DNA of 64,000 nt from Pristiophorus japonicus (taxonomy: Eukaryota), in contig NC_091984.1 of NCBI RefSeq assembly GCF_044704955.1, forward strand, positions 146,940,001-147,004,000, in the 5' to 3' direction. The notes under the pieces were generated by a model. The model worked only from the letters and a program-made list of their open reading frames with translations, did not search any database and was not told the DNA's origin. Of this stretch, positions 49,096 through 61,225 are shown piece by piece (within the stretch, counting starts at the first letter, position 1; each line of letters opens with the position of its first letter). A program made the translations under genes and the position numbers.

Positions 49096-50112
49096 CTGTT
49101 ACAAGTTCTGTACGATAGGGATTATATGGACAGATCAGACTCGCACACATGCTTTTCGGTCTCAACCGTATTGTGTTTAATAAGATTAACAACACCACTC
49201 ATAAACAGTGCAAAACAGTACAACCCTGTGCTAAGTTACCACGGCTTAATAAATGAACCCGCCCATGAAATAAACTAACACAGGACCCCCTCCAGCACTA
49301 AACCCCTTGGGTTTGGTTGGGACTTACAATCACCCCCTCACACAGCTAAGTGATCTTGTGGATGTGTAGGCGCAGGCAATATGCTCACCCTGATTGCCCG
49401 TTGTCTTGCTCGCAGCTTCTTCCTGAACGTCTCGCTCCCGGGCTTTTTCCTGAGTTTTTTCCTGTGCTTTTTCCTGAGCTTTTTCCTGGGATTTTCCTTG
49501 GGATTTTTCCTGGGATTTTTCCCGAACTTTCTTCCTCCTGAGTTGGAGCTTGTTGCAAAGCGGCTCCTTTTCTCCCCAATCCCATGATCATTCCTCCCGC
49601 CAATACTGACCGATGGATTGACTCCGGTGATCTGTCTGGACAACCTCCCCACCCCTCGTAGCCTTTGAAATCTTTGTGAAAAATTATATTTTGCTTTCCC
49701 GCTCCCAAACCTTGCCTCTGGAGAGACAATGGGTGCTGATTACTGGATGTCTGTCGTTTCCTGAGTTGATGGCCCCCATTATCAGGTAATGGGTTTCAAT
49801 CACAAACCGATCTTGCTTAACTGGCTTATCTCCTGGAAGACAATGGGCCGGCCATTTTCTGCCTTGCACCAGTTTGGGTTGGGACTGAGTGGTGACTGTA
49901 CTTTAATAATGCGAAGGCACAGTGTCTCTGAGTTACCTCTCGGGGTATTGTTCCCAGGAATCACTTTAGATGGTGATGACATCAATGGGCCTGGGTTCCC
50001 TGCCACCCAGCCTGTCAGTGTGAAATGTCCGGTTGTATATGAATGCACCTCAGTGCCACCCCCACAATCTCGCCAAACAGGACAGTTCTTTCTTTGGGAT
50101 TTGGATTTAACG
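49096..50112 (-). mobile_element. Possible solo-LTR-like segment with a 12-bp internal repeat (~49440-49525)
   Basis: Starts TGTTAC; ATTAAA on the minus strand near that end. No TSD or clean second terminus. Confidence 0.3.
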
Positions 50113-50882
50113 GTTTAAAGTATTGTTGATAGAAATGGCCAGAACACTGGTGCTACTATTCCTCACCTGTCCCTCTCGACTAACCACCGCCACCCCCCCA
50201 CCCCACCGGGGACAATAATGGTATGCCCCCCCCACCCCCGCGCCTGGGACAAAAACAATAATGGTATGCCCCCACCACCCCCCTCCCACGGGGATAATAA
50301 TGTTCAACCAAGCACCACGACAGATGCGAGACTGTGGAAGAACTTCCTTCTGACTTCGGAAATGTCTTCTCCTCCAGTCAGTGAGGAGATTCTGCCGACT
50401 CCCCTCCCCCCACCCCCCAAACAGCAGCAGGCCTTGAGATCCCCTGCTGCAAGACGTCTTGGTCCCATTACTCGGGGAGTTAAATGGGGTGTTACTTCAA
50501 GGGGGTGTCAAGGTGCAGGAGGGAAGCATGGCCGCAGGTAGGGAGGGGGAGGGGTGGTGCAATATAGTCCTTAGTTCTTGTTAAAAATTAATTTTTTGTT
50601 GAATGTTCACAGTTGGGGATGGTGGGAGGGTGTTATGTTATTGTTGCATTACAAATGTTGACTCTTCGGGGTTGAGGTGGTAGGGTTATATATGTTTGTA
50701 CAAAACATTTTCACATTCTTCTTTAATTATTAAACACATTAATTTAACTTTCCATTTGTCCTGAAGTGTCTTCTTATAACATAAGGTAACACATCAGTAC
50801 AATGGTTGGGAACAATGGCCAGGCCAGCCCAGGCCAGGCAAGGATGAAACGTAACACAACTGTAACTGTCACCAATATAAGT

Positions 50883-51960
50883 TCACGCAAAATGTTCATT
50901 TATTAGCTGCTGACACAAGAGGTTTGCAGCTGCGTAACTTCCACGGGGCTTTTCCAGTGTTGTGGGGGGCGGCGTGGGGGCATGGGTTCATCGCCAGGCT
51001 GATTGTCCTCCCCGAGGTCGTCGTCCTCCTCCTCCTCCTCGTCCTCCTCTTCAGCCTCTCCTCTCTCCTGAGGTGGACCGGTGGTCTGGCAATTTTTGTC
51101 CTCCTCTTATAGCTAGGTTATGCAACATGCAGCACACCACAATAAACTCAGTGACCTGCTCAGGGTGGTATTGTAGGTTGCCACCTGAATGGTCCAGGCA
51201 TCTGAAGCGTTGCTTAAGCACCCCAATTGTCTTTTCGATGATATTGCGTGATTGCCTGTAGCAATATGGCTTTCATTGAAGCGCTTCTCGGCTTCTCTCT
51301 GGGGATTACGCAAGGGGCTCATGAGCCAGCTGGCAAGGCCATATCCTTTATCCCCCAGCATCCAACTGTGGCCTTGTGGCTGACTCTTAAACAGGTCAGA
51401 GACAGTGTTCTCACACAAGAAATGCACATCATGGATGCTCCCTGGAAAATTAGCATTTACTGCCAGAATTATTTATTTGTGGTGGACAACGAACTGCACA
51501 TTCAGGGAGTGGAATCCCTTTCAGTTTTAAACAGCTCTTCTTTCTGTAAAGTTGCTCTCAGGGCGATGTGCGTACAGTCTATTGCTCTCTGCACCTTGGG
51601 GAAGTTTGCTATTCTCAAGAACTCCAAAGCCCTCTCAGTCTGTGCCTCCCTGGTCATAGGGAAGCTTATAAAGTCACCTGTCGAATGCAACAATGTGTGG
51701 CGTGCTGAGAGATACCGCAAATGTCGCCAGCAGAGGCCTGAAAGGAGCCCAATGCGTAGAAGGAAAGTGCCGCAGTAACCTTAACCTCAACAGGCAGTGC
51801 AGTCTTGATGGTGCTGGAAGGCTGCAGATCTCCCTTAATTAGCTGGCATATCTCACTGATGACCTCCTTTCGGAAGCACAGCCTCCCAATGCACATGTAA
51901 TCGGACAGGGCCAGGTACGATAGCTTATCAGTGTATATGCATTGGGTATTACATCTCCTC
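50883..51960 (-). pseudogene. PIF/Harbinger (HARBI1-like) DDE transposase remnant
   Basis: ALSFYALGSFQ...GDICGISQ, FPKVQRAIDCTHI, LGDKGY...WLMSP...FNESH; frameshifted, 5' end cut by CR1. Confidence 0.88.
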
Positions 51961-52790
51961 CGGTTAGTCTGACATCAGTAGTGGGGAAAATGTTGGAGTC
52001 AATTATTAAGGATGAAATAGCAGCGCATTTGAAGAGCAGTGACAGGATCGGTCCAAGTCAGCATGGATTTGTGAAAGGGAAATCATGCTTAACAAATCTT
52101 CTGTAATTTTTTGAGGATGTAACTAGTAGAGTGGACAAGGGAGAACCAGTGGATGTGGTGTATTTGGACTTTCAAAAGGCATTTAACTAGGTCCCACATA
52201 AGAGATTGGTGTGCAAAATCAAAGCGCATGGTATTGGGGGTAATGTACTGGCGTGGATAGAGAATTGGTTGGCAGACAGGAAGCAGAGAGTCGGGATAAA
52301 CGGGTCCTTTTCGGAATGGGAGGCAGTGACTAGTGGAGTGCCACAGAGCTCAGTGCTGGGACCCCAGCTCTTTACAATATACATCAATGATTTGAATGAA
52401 GGAATTGAGTGTAATATCTCCAAGTTTGCAGAGGACACTAAACTGGGTGGTGGTGTGAGCTGTGAGGAGGATGCTAAGAGGCTGCAGAATGACTTGGACA
52501 GGTTGGGTGAGTGGGCAAATGCATGCCAGATGCAGTATAATGTGGATAAATGTGAGGTTATCCACTTTGGTGGCAAAAACACGAGGGCAGAATATTACCG
52601 GAATGGTGGCAGATTAGGAAAAGGGAAGGTGCAACGAGACCTGGGTGTCATGGTTCATCAGTCATTGAAAGTTGACATGCAGGTGCAGCAGGCAGTGAAG
52701 AAGGCAAATGGTATGTTGGCCTTCATAGCTAGGGGATTTGAGTATAGGAGCAGGGAGGTCTTACTGCAGTTGCACAGGGCCTTGGTGAGG
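51961..52790 (+). mobile_element. CR1 RT fragment
   Basis: 212-aa RT ORF running into the satellite. Confidence 0.9.
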
Positions 52791-55700
52791 CGATCAATGG
52801 GCGACCAATGGACGACCAATGGGCGACCAATGGGCGACAAATGAGCGATCAATGAGCGATCAATGAGCGATCAATGAGCGATCAATGGGCGATCAATGGG
52901 CGATCAATGGATGATCAATGGGCAACAAATGGGCGATCAATGGGCAACAAATGGGCGATCAATGGGCAACAAATGGGCGATCAATGGATGATCAATGGGC
53001 GATAAATGAGCGATCAATGGGCGATCAATGGGCGATCAATGGGCAACAAATGTGCGATCAATGGGCGATTAATGGGTGATCAATGGGCGATTAATGGGCG
53101 ATCAATGGGCAACAAATGGGCGATCAATGGGCAACAAATGGGCGATCAATGGGCGATCAATGGGCGATAAATGGGCGATCAATGGGTGATCAATGGGCGA
53201 TCAATGGGCGATCAATGGGCGATCAATGGACGATCAATGGGCGATCAATGGACGATCAATGGACGATCAATGGGCGATCAATGGGCGATCAATGGGTGAT
53301 CAATGGGCGATCAATGGGCGATCAATGGGCGATCAATGGGCGATCAATGGGCGATCAATGGGCGATTAATGGGCTATCAATGGGTGATCAATGGGCGATC
53401 AATGGGTGATCAATGGGCGATCAATGGGCGATCAATGGACGATCAATGGGCAACAAATGGGCGATCAATGGGCAACAAATGGGCGATCAATGGGCAACAA
53501 ATGGGCGATCAATGGGCGATAAATGGGCGATCAATGGGTGATCAATGGACGATCAATGGGCGATCAATGGGCGATCAATGGACGATCAATGGGCGATCAA
53601 TGGGCGATCAATCGACGATCAATGTACGATAAATGGGCGATCAATGGGCGATCAATGGGCGATCAATGGGCGATAAATGAGCGATCAATGGGCGATCAAT
53701 GGGCAACAAATGTGCGATCAATGGGCGATTAATGGGTGATCAATGGGCGATTAATGGGCGATCAATGGGCAACAAATGGGCGATCAATGGGCAACAAATG
53801 GGCGATCAATGGGCAACAAATGGGCGATCAATGGGCGATAAATGGGCGATCAATGGGTGATCAATGGGCGATCAATGGGCGATCAATGGTCGATAAATGG
53901 GCCACAAATGAGCGATCAATGGGCGATCAATGGGCGATCAATGGGCGATTAATGGGCTATCAATGAGTGATCAATGGGCGATCAATGGACGATCAATGGG
54001 CGATCAATGGGTGATCAATGGACGATCAATGGGCGATCAATGGGCGATCAATGGGCGATCAATGGACGATCAATGGGCGATCAATGGGCGATCAATGGGC
54101 GATCAATGGTCGATCAATGGGCGATAAATGGTCGATAAATGGGCGATAAATGGCCGATCAATGGGCGATCAATGGTCGATAAATGGGCCACAAATGAGCG
54201 ATCAATGGGCGATCAATGGGCGATCAATTGGCGATCAATGGGCGATCAATGGTCGATAAATGGGCGATCAATGGGCGATAAATGGGTGATCAATGGGCGA
54301 TTAATGGGCGATCAATGGGCAACAAATGGACGAGCAATGGGCAACAAATGGGCGATCAATGGGCGATAAATGGGCGATCAATGGGTGATCAATGGGCGAT
54401 CAATGGACGATCAATTGGCAACAAATGGGCGATCAATGGGCGATCAATGGGCGATCAATGGGCGATTAATGGGCTATCAATGGGTGATCAATGGGCGATC
54501 AATGGACGATCAATGGGCGATCAATGGGTGATCAATGGACGATCAATGGACGATCAATGGACGATCAATGGGCGATCAATGGGCGATCAATGGACGATAA
54601 ATGGTCGATAAATGGGCGATAAATGGCCGATCAATGGGCGATCAATGGTCGATAAATGGGCCACAAATGAGCGATCAATGGGCGATCAATGGGCGATCAA
54701 TTGGCGATCAATGGGCGATCAATGGTCGATAAATGGGCGATCAATGGTCGATAAATGGGCGATCAATGGGCGATCAATGGGCGATCAATGGGCGATCAAT
54801 GGGCGATCAATGGGCGATCAATGGACGATCAATGGGCGATCAATGGGCGATCAATGGGCGATATATGGGCGATATATGGGCGATCAATGTGCGATCAATG
54901 GGCGATCAATGGGCGATCAATGGGCGATAAATGGTCGATAAATGGGCGATAAATGGGCGATAAATGGGCGATCAATGGTCGATAAATGGGCCACAAATGA
55001 GCGATCAATGGGCGATCAATGGACGATCAATGGGCGATCAATGTGCGATAAATGATCGATCAATGGGCGATCAATGGGCGATCAATGGGCGATCAATGGG
55101 CGATAAATGAGCGATCAATGGGCGATCAATGTGCGATCAATGTGCGATCAATGTGCGATCAATGGTCGATAAATGGGCGATCAATGGGCGATCAATGGGC
55201 GATAAATGGGCGATCAATGGGCGATCAATGGGCGATCAATGGGCGATCAATGGACGATCAATGGGCGATCAATGGGCGATCAATGGGCGATATATGGGCG
55301 ATCAATGGGCGATCAATGGGCGATAAATGAGCGATCAATGAGCGATCAATGTGCGATCAATGGGCGATCAATGGTCGATAAATGGGCGATCAATGGGCGA
55401 TCAATGGGCGATCAATGGTCGATAAATGGGCGATCAATGGGCGATCAATGGGCGATCAATGGGCGATCAATGGACGATCAATGGGCGATCAATGGGCGAT
55501 CAATGGGCGATATATGGGCGATCAATGGGCGATCAATGGACGATCAATGGGCGATAAATGAGCGATCAATGGGCGATCAATGTGCGATCAATGGACGATC
55601 AATGGGCGATCAATGGGCGATAAATGGTCGATAAATGGGCGATAAATGGGCGATCAATGGTCGATAAATGGGCGATCAATGGGCGATAAATGGTCGATAA

Positions 55701-55960
55701 ATGGGCGATAAATGGGCGATCAATGGGCGATCAATGGTCAATAAATGGGCAACAAATGAGCGATCAATGGGCGATAACTGGGCGATCAATGGGCGATCAA
55801 TTGGCGATCAATGGGTGATCAATGGGCGATAAATGGGCGATCAATGGACGATAACTGGGCGATCAATGGGCGATAACTGGCCGATCAATGGGCGATCAAT
55901 GGGCGATAAATGGGCGATCAATGGGCGATCAATGGGCGATCAATGGGCGATCAATGGGCC
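52791..55960 (+). repeat. 11-bp satellite (GGGCGATCAAT)n, ~3.2 kb, ~290 units
   Basis: Direct inspection; variant units recur in blocks. Confidence 0.97.
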
Positions 55961-56490
55961 ATGATGTGCTGAACGTCTAGCCCGTAGAGTCTTTAACGTA
56001 GTAAAACATCCCAAGGCGCTTCACAGGGGTGTTATAAGACAAAAAATATGAAGTTATGGCAGATGACAAAAAGCTTGCTCAAAGAGGTAGATTTTAAGGC
56101 ATGTTTTAAAGGAGGAGGAGAGAGATAGAGAGATAGAGAGGTGGAGAGGTTTAAGGAGGGAGTTCTAGAGCTTGGGGCCTAAGCAGCTGGAGGCACATAG
56201 AACAGAAACCCCACAGATTCCTCGATACTGCACCATTCTGTAATCTCTCTCCATTTAAAGAATTTGCTTTTAATTTTTCCTGCCAAAGTGGATAACCTCA
56301 CATTTTCCCACAATATACTTCACCTGCCAAATTTTTGCCCACTCACTTAGCCTATTTACATAACAACATAAGAAATAGGAGCAGGAGTAGGCCATATGGC
56401 CCCTCGAGCCTGCTCCGCCATTTAATAAGGTCATGGCTGATCCGATCATGGACTCAGGTCCACTTCCCTGCCTATTTCACATAACCCCTT

Positions 56491-56682
56491 TGTTGTGTAT
56501 GAATAAGGAGTCTGACTGGATACTGTGAGCTCAAAGTAAAGTGTGACCTTAGTCTTTTATTGCAGGTCTCCAGAGTGTCTCTCCAGCCTGTGAGGCCTCC
56601 TTAAGTACCTGTGCTCCCAAGGGATTGTGTGATGAGCTCTCTGGTGGTTACACAAGGTATATACAGGTTTACATATATAACA
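56491..56682 (-). mobile_element. 192-bp solo LTR
   Basis: TGTTGTGTATG...CATATATAACA ends, 5-bp TSD CCCTT, AATAAA on the minus strand; interrupts a CR1 3' UTR. Confidence 0.8.
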
Positions 56683-59600
56683 CCCTTATTCCCTTATCAG
56701 TTAAATAACTGTCTATCTCTTTCTTAAATTTATTCAATGACCAGCATCCACAGCTCTCTGAGGCAGTGAATTCCGTAGATTTACAACCCTCATTGTGATT
56801 GTGATTGTGTTAAGTTCGTCCCAACCATCCACTATCCACTGTTGGGATATTATTTGTGTCCACTACCGTAAAGACTGACACAAAATATTTGTTCAGAGTT
56901 TCTGCCATCTCCATGTTCCCCATCATTAATTCCCCGGTCTCTTCCTCTCAGGGACCAACATTTATTTTAGCCACTCTTTTCCTTTTTATATACGTATAGA
57001 AACTCTTGCTATCTGTTTTTATATTTCGTGCTAGTTTACTTTCATAGACTATGTTCACTTTCTTAATCATTTTTTTCGTCATTCTTTGTTGGCTTTTAAA
57101 AGCTTCTCAATCTTCTGTCCTCCCACTAGTTTTGGCCACCTTGTATGCCCTTGTTTTTAATTGGATACCATCCTTTATTTCTTTAGTTAGCTATGGATGG
57201 CTATCTTTTTTTTTCATCCTTTCCTCCTTACTGGAATATATTTTTCTTGAGTTATTTAATATCTCCTTAAATGTACGTCACTGTTCATCAACCGTCCTAA
57301 GCTTTAATCTATTTTCCCAGTCCACTTTAGCCAACTCTGCCCTCATACCTTTGTAGTCTCCTTTATTTAAGCTTTGTACACTGGCTTGAGATTCAACTTT
57401 CTCACCCTCCATCCGAATTTGAAATTCAACCATGCTATGATCACTCAGTCCAAGGGGATCCTTTACTGGGAGATTGTTTATTAATACTGTCTCATTATAC
57501 AGGACCAGATCTAAGATAGCCTACCCCCCTGGTTGGTTCCTTTATATACTGCTCAAGGAACTCCTCCTCAAGTCTATCCTGACCATTTTGATTTGTTCAA
57601 TCAATGTGGAGGTTAAAATCACCCATAATTATTGTTGTTCCCTTTTTACAAACCCCCACTATTTCTTGGTTTGTACTCCGACCATCAGAGTTGCTACTGT
57701 TAGGGGGCCTATAGACTACGCCCACCAGTGACTTTTCCCCCTTATTATTCCTTATCTCCACACAAACTGTTTCAACATCCTGATCATTTGAGCCAATATC
57801 ATTTCTCACTATTGCAGTGATTCCATCCTTTATCAACAGAGGTACCCCACCTGCTTTTACTTTCTGCCTGTCCTTCCAAATTGTCAAGTACCCCTGAATG
57901 TTTAGTTCCAAGTTTTGGTCACCTTGCAACCACGTCGCTGTTGTGGATATCAGATCACACCCATTTGTAACTATTTGTGCTGACAGCTCATCTGTTTTGT
58001 TACGAATGCTGTGTGTTTCAGATAAAGAGCTTTTAAACGTGTTTTCATACCATTTTCTCCTGCTATGGTCCCAGTTTCTGATGCACTCTTTTGTTTCTAT
58101 ATTCTGTCCCTTCCTGTCACGCACTGGTTTTTGTTTCTCCCAATGCTACCCTGCTCTATTGCCTTATTCTTTGAGCTTTTAGGTTTCTGCTCACCTGAAC
58201 CCTCCCCCCTATCTATCGCCCTTTGCAGATTCTTTGCGTCCTCCTCACAAATTGCTTTCCCAACTATCTTTGTATCATCAGCAAATTTCGCTACATAACA
58301 CTCAGTCCCTTCATCCAAGTCATTAATATAGATTGTAAATAGTAGAGGCCCCAGCATCGATCCCTGTGGCAGCCCACTAGTTACCGTTTTCCAACCTGAA
58401 AATGGCCCATTTATCCCGATTCTCAGTTATCTGTTAGTTAGCCAATCTTCTATCCATGCTAATATATCACCCCCAACCCCGTGTGTTCTTATCTTGTGCA
58501 GTAATCTTTTATGTGGCACGTTAACGAATGCCTTCTGGAAATCCAAATACACGACATCTACTGGTTCCCCTTTATCCACCCTGCTCGTTACATCCTCAAA
58601 GAACTCCAGCAAATGTGTCAAACATGATTTCCCTTTCATAAAACCATGCTGACTCTGATTGACTGTATTATGATTTTCTAAATGTCCTGCTATTACTTCC
58701 TTAATGATGGACTCCAGCATTTTCCCCAATGACAGATGTTACGCTAACTGGTCTATAGTTTCCTGCTTTCTGTCTCCCTCCTTTCTTAAATAGGGGCGTT
58801 ACATTTGCCATTTTCTCATCCGCTGGGACCTCTCCAGAATCCAGGGAATTTTAGTAGATTACAACCAAGGCATCCACTATCTCTGCAGTTACTTCTTTAA
58901 AGACCCTAGATGCCATCAGGTCAAGGGGACTTGTCCATCTTTAGTCCCATTAGTTTGCCGAGTACTTTTTCTCCAGTGACAGTGATTGTTTTAAGAACAT
59001 ATGAACATAAGAAATAGGAGCAGGATTAGGCCATTTGGCCCCTCGAGCCTGCTCCGCCATTTAATAAGATCATGGCTGATCTGATCATGGATGCTCCCCA
59101 TAACCTTTTATTTCCTTATCACTCTAAAATCTGTCTATCTCCGCCTTAAATATATTCAATGACCCAGCATCCACAGCTCTCTGCGGCAGAGAATTCCACA
59201 GATTTACAACCCTCTGAGAGAAGGCATTTCTCCATATCTCAGTTTTAAATGGGCAGCTCCTTATTCTAAGACTATGTCCCCTAGTTTTAGTTTCCCCTAT
59301 GAGTGAAAATATCTTCTCTGCATCCACCTTGTCGAGTCCCCTCATTATTTTATGTTTCAATAAGAATCCTCTCATTCTTCTGAACTCCAATGAGTATAGG
59401 CCCAACCTACTCAACCTATCTTCATGTCAACCCCCTCATCTCCGGAATCAACCTAGTGAACCTTCTCTGAAATGCCTGCAATGCAAGTATGTCCTTCCTT
59501 AAATACGGAGACCAAAACTGCATGCAGTATTCTAGGTGTGGTCTCACAGTTGTAGCAGAACTTCTCTGCTTTTATACTCTATTCCCCTTGCAATGATTTG

Positions 59601-60279
59601 CCTTCCTGATTAAGTTCGCCCCTCTCAAAAGCCCCTTGATGATCAATTATTCGGATGTTTGTAGTGTTTTCTACCATGAAGACCAAGACAAAATATTTGT
59701 TGAAAGTTTCTGCAATTTCCCTGTTCCCCATTATTAATTCCTCAGTCTCATCCTCTAAAGGACCAACGTTTACTTTAACTACTCTCTTCCTTTTTTATAT
59801 ACCTGTGTAAGTTCTTATTGTCTGTTGCTATATTACTTGCTAGTTTACTCTCATAAACTGTCTTCTCTCTATTATTTTTTTTGTTGTCCTTTGCTGGTTT
59901 CAAAAAATTTCCCAATCCTCTGGCTTTCCATTATTCTTCGCAACATTGCATGCTTTTGTTTTTAATTTGATACCATCCTTTCCTTCCTTAGTTAGCCATG
60001 GATGGTTCATCCTTCTCTTAGAGTCTTTCTTTCTCACTGAAATATATCTTTGCTGAGAGTTATGAAATATCTCCTTAAAAGTTTGCCAGTGCTTCTTTAC
60101 TGTCTTACACTTCAGTATATTTTCCCAGTCCACTTTAGCCAACTCTGTCTTCATACCTTTGTAATTCCCTTTATTTAAGTTCAGGACCCTAGTTTGAGAC
60201 TAAAGTTTCTCAGCCTCAAACTGAATTTGAAATTCTACCATGCTATGATCACTCTTCCCAAGAGGATCCTTTACTTTGC

Positions 60280-61225
60280 CTTCTCCTCCTTCTTAAGCAG
60301 TCCTTCGGTGTCGCGGATGACTTACTTCCACACTAATATGTGTTCTCAGGTGACTGATGAGTCCAGTGTGGGACCAACAGTCTTTGTCACAAGTGGGGCA
60401 GATGGTGGTTAAAGGGATGGGTGGGTCGGGTGCTTGGGTTGTCATGCACTCCTTCTGCTGTTAGCGCTTGGCTTCCGTTTGCTCCCAGCGAAGAAACTCG
60501 AGGTGTTCGGTGCCTTCCCGAATGTCTCCTCCACTTTGAGCAGTCTTGGGACCGAGATTTCCAAATGTCGGTTGGGGTGTTACACTATTTCAAGGAGGCT
60601 TTGAGGGTGTCCTTGAGGCGTATTGTCTGCTCACCTGCGGTTTGCTTGCCATGTTGGAGATCTGAGTAGAGTGCTTGTTTTGGGCGTCTAGTGTCAGGCA
60701 TGCGAACGATGTGGCCCAACCATCGGAGCTGATTGAGCGTGGACAGTGCTTCAATGCTGGGGATGTTGACCTGAGTGAAAACACTAACGTCGATGTGCCT
60801 ATCCTGCCAATGGATTTGCAGGATCTTGCGGAGGCAGCGTTGGTGGTACTTCTCCAGTGGTTTGAGGTGCCAGCTGTATATAGTCCATGTATCTGAAGCA
60901 TATAGGAGAGCGGGATCACTACTGCCCTGTAGACCATGAGCTTGGTTTCGGCTATGAGGTCCTGGTCTTCAAACATTCCCTTCCTCAGGCGACCGAAGGC
61001 TGCACTGGCACATTGAAGGCGGTGTTAGACTTCATCATCGTCGTTTGCCCTTGTTGACAGTAGGTTCCCGAGGTATGGAACATGGTCCACGTTGTCCAAA
61101 GCCTCATCATGGATTTTGATAATCGGGGAGTAGTACTGTATGGCGGGGGCAGGTTTACGGATGTTTAATGTAAGACCCATACTCTCGTACGCTTCAGTGA
61201 AGGTGTTGCTGATAGCTTGAAGTTC
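60280..61225 (-). mobile_element. RTE LINE 3' fragment inside CR1
   Basis: YLGNLLS...TKLMVYRAVV motifs and an RTE-type 3' end. Confidence 0.8.

Noticed and set aside
50218-50541. Harbinger Myb/SANT partner gene
   Set aside because: Position is compatible, but only low-complexity sequence is visible; no domain or TIR support.
53116-55634. Repetitive MGDQWAINGRS ORFs; CRISPR-like appearance
   Set aside because: Translations of an 11-bp satellite in all frames; no spacers or cas genes, and eukaryotic context.
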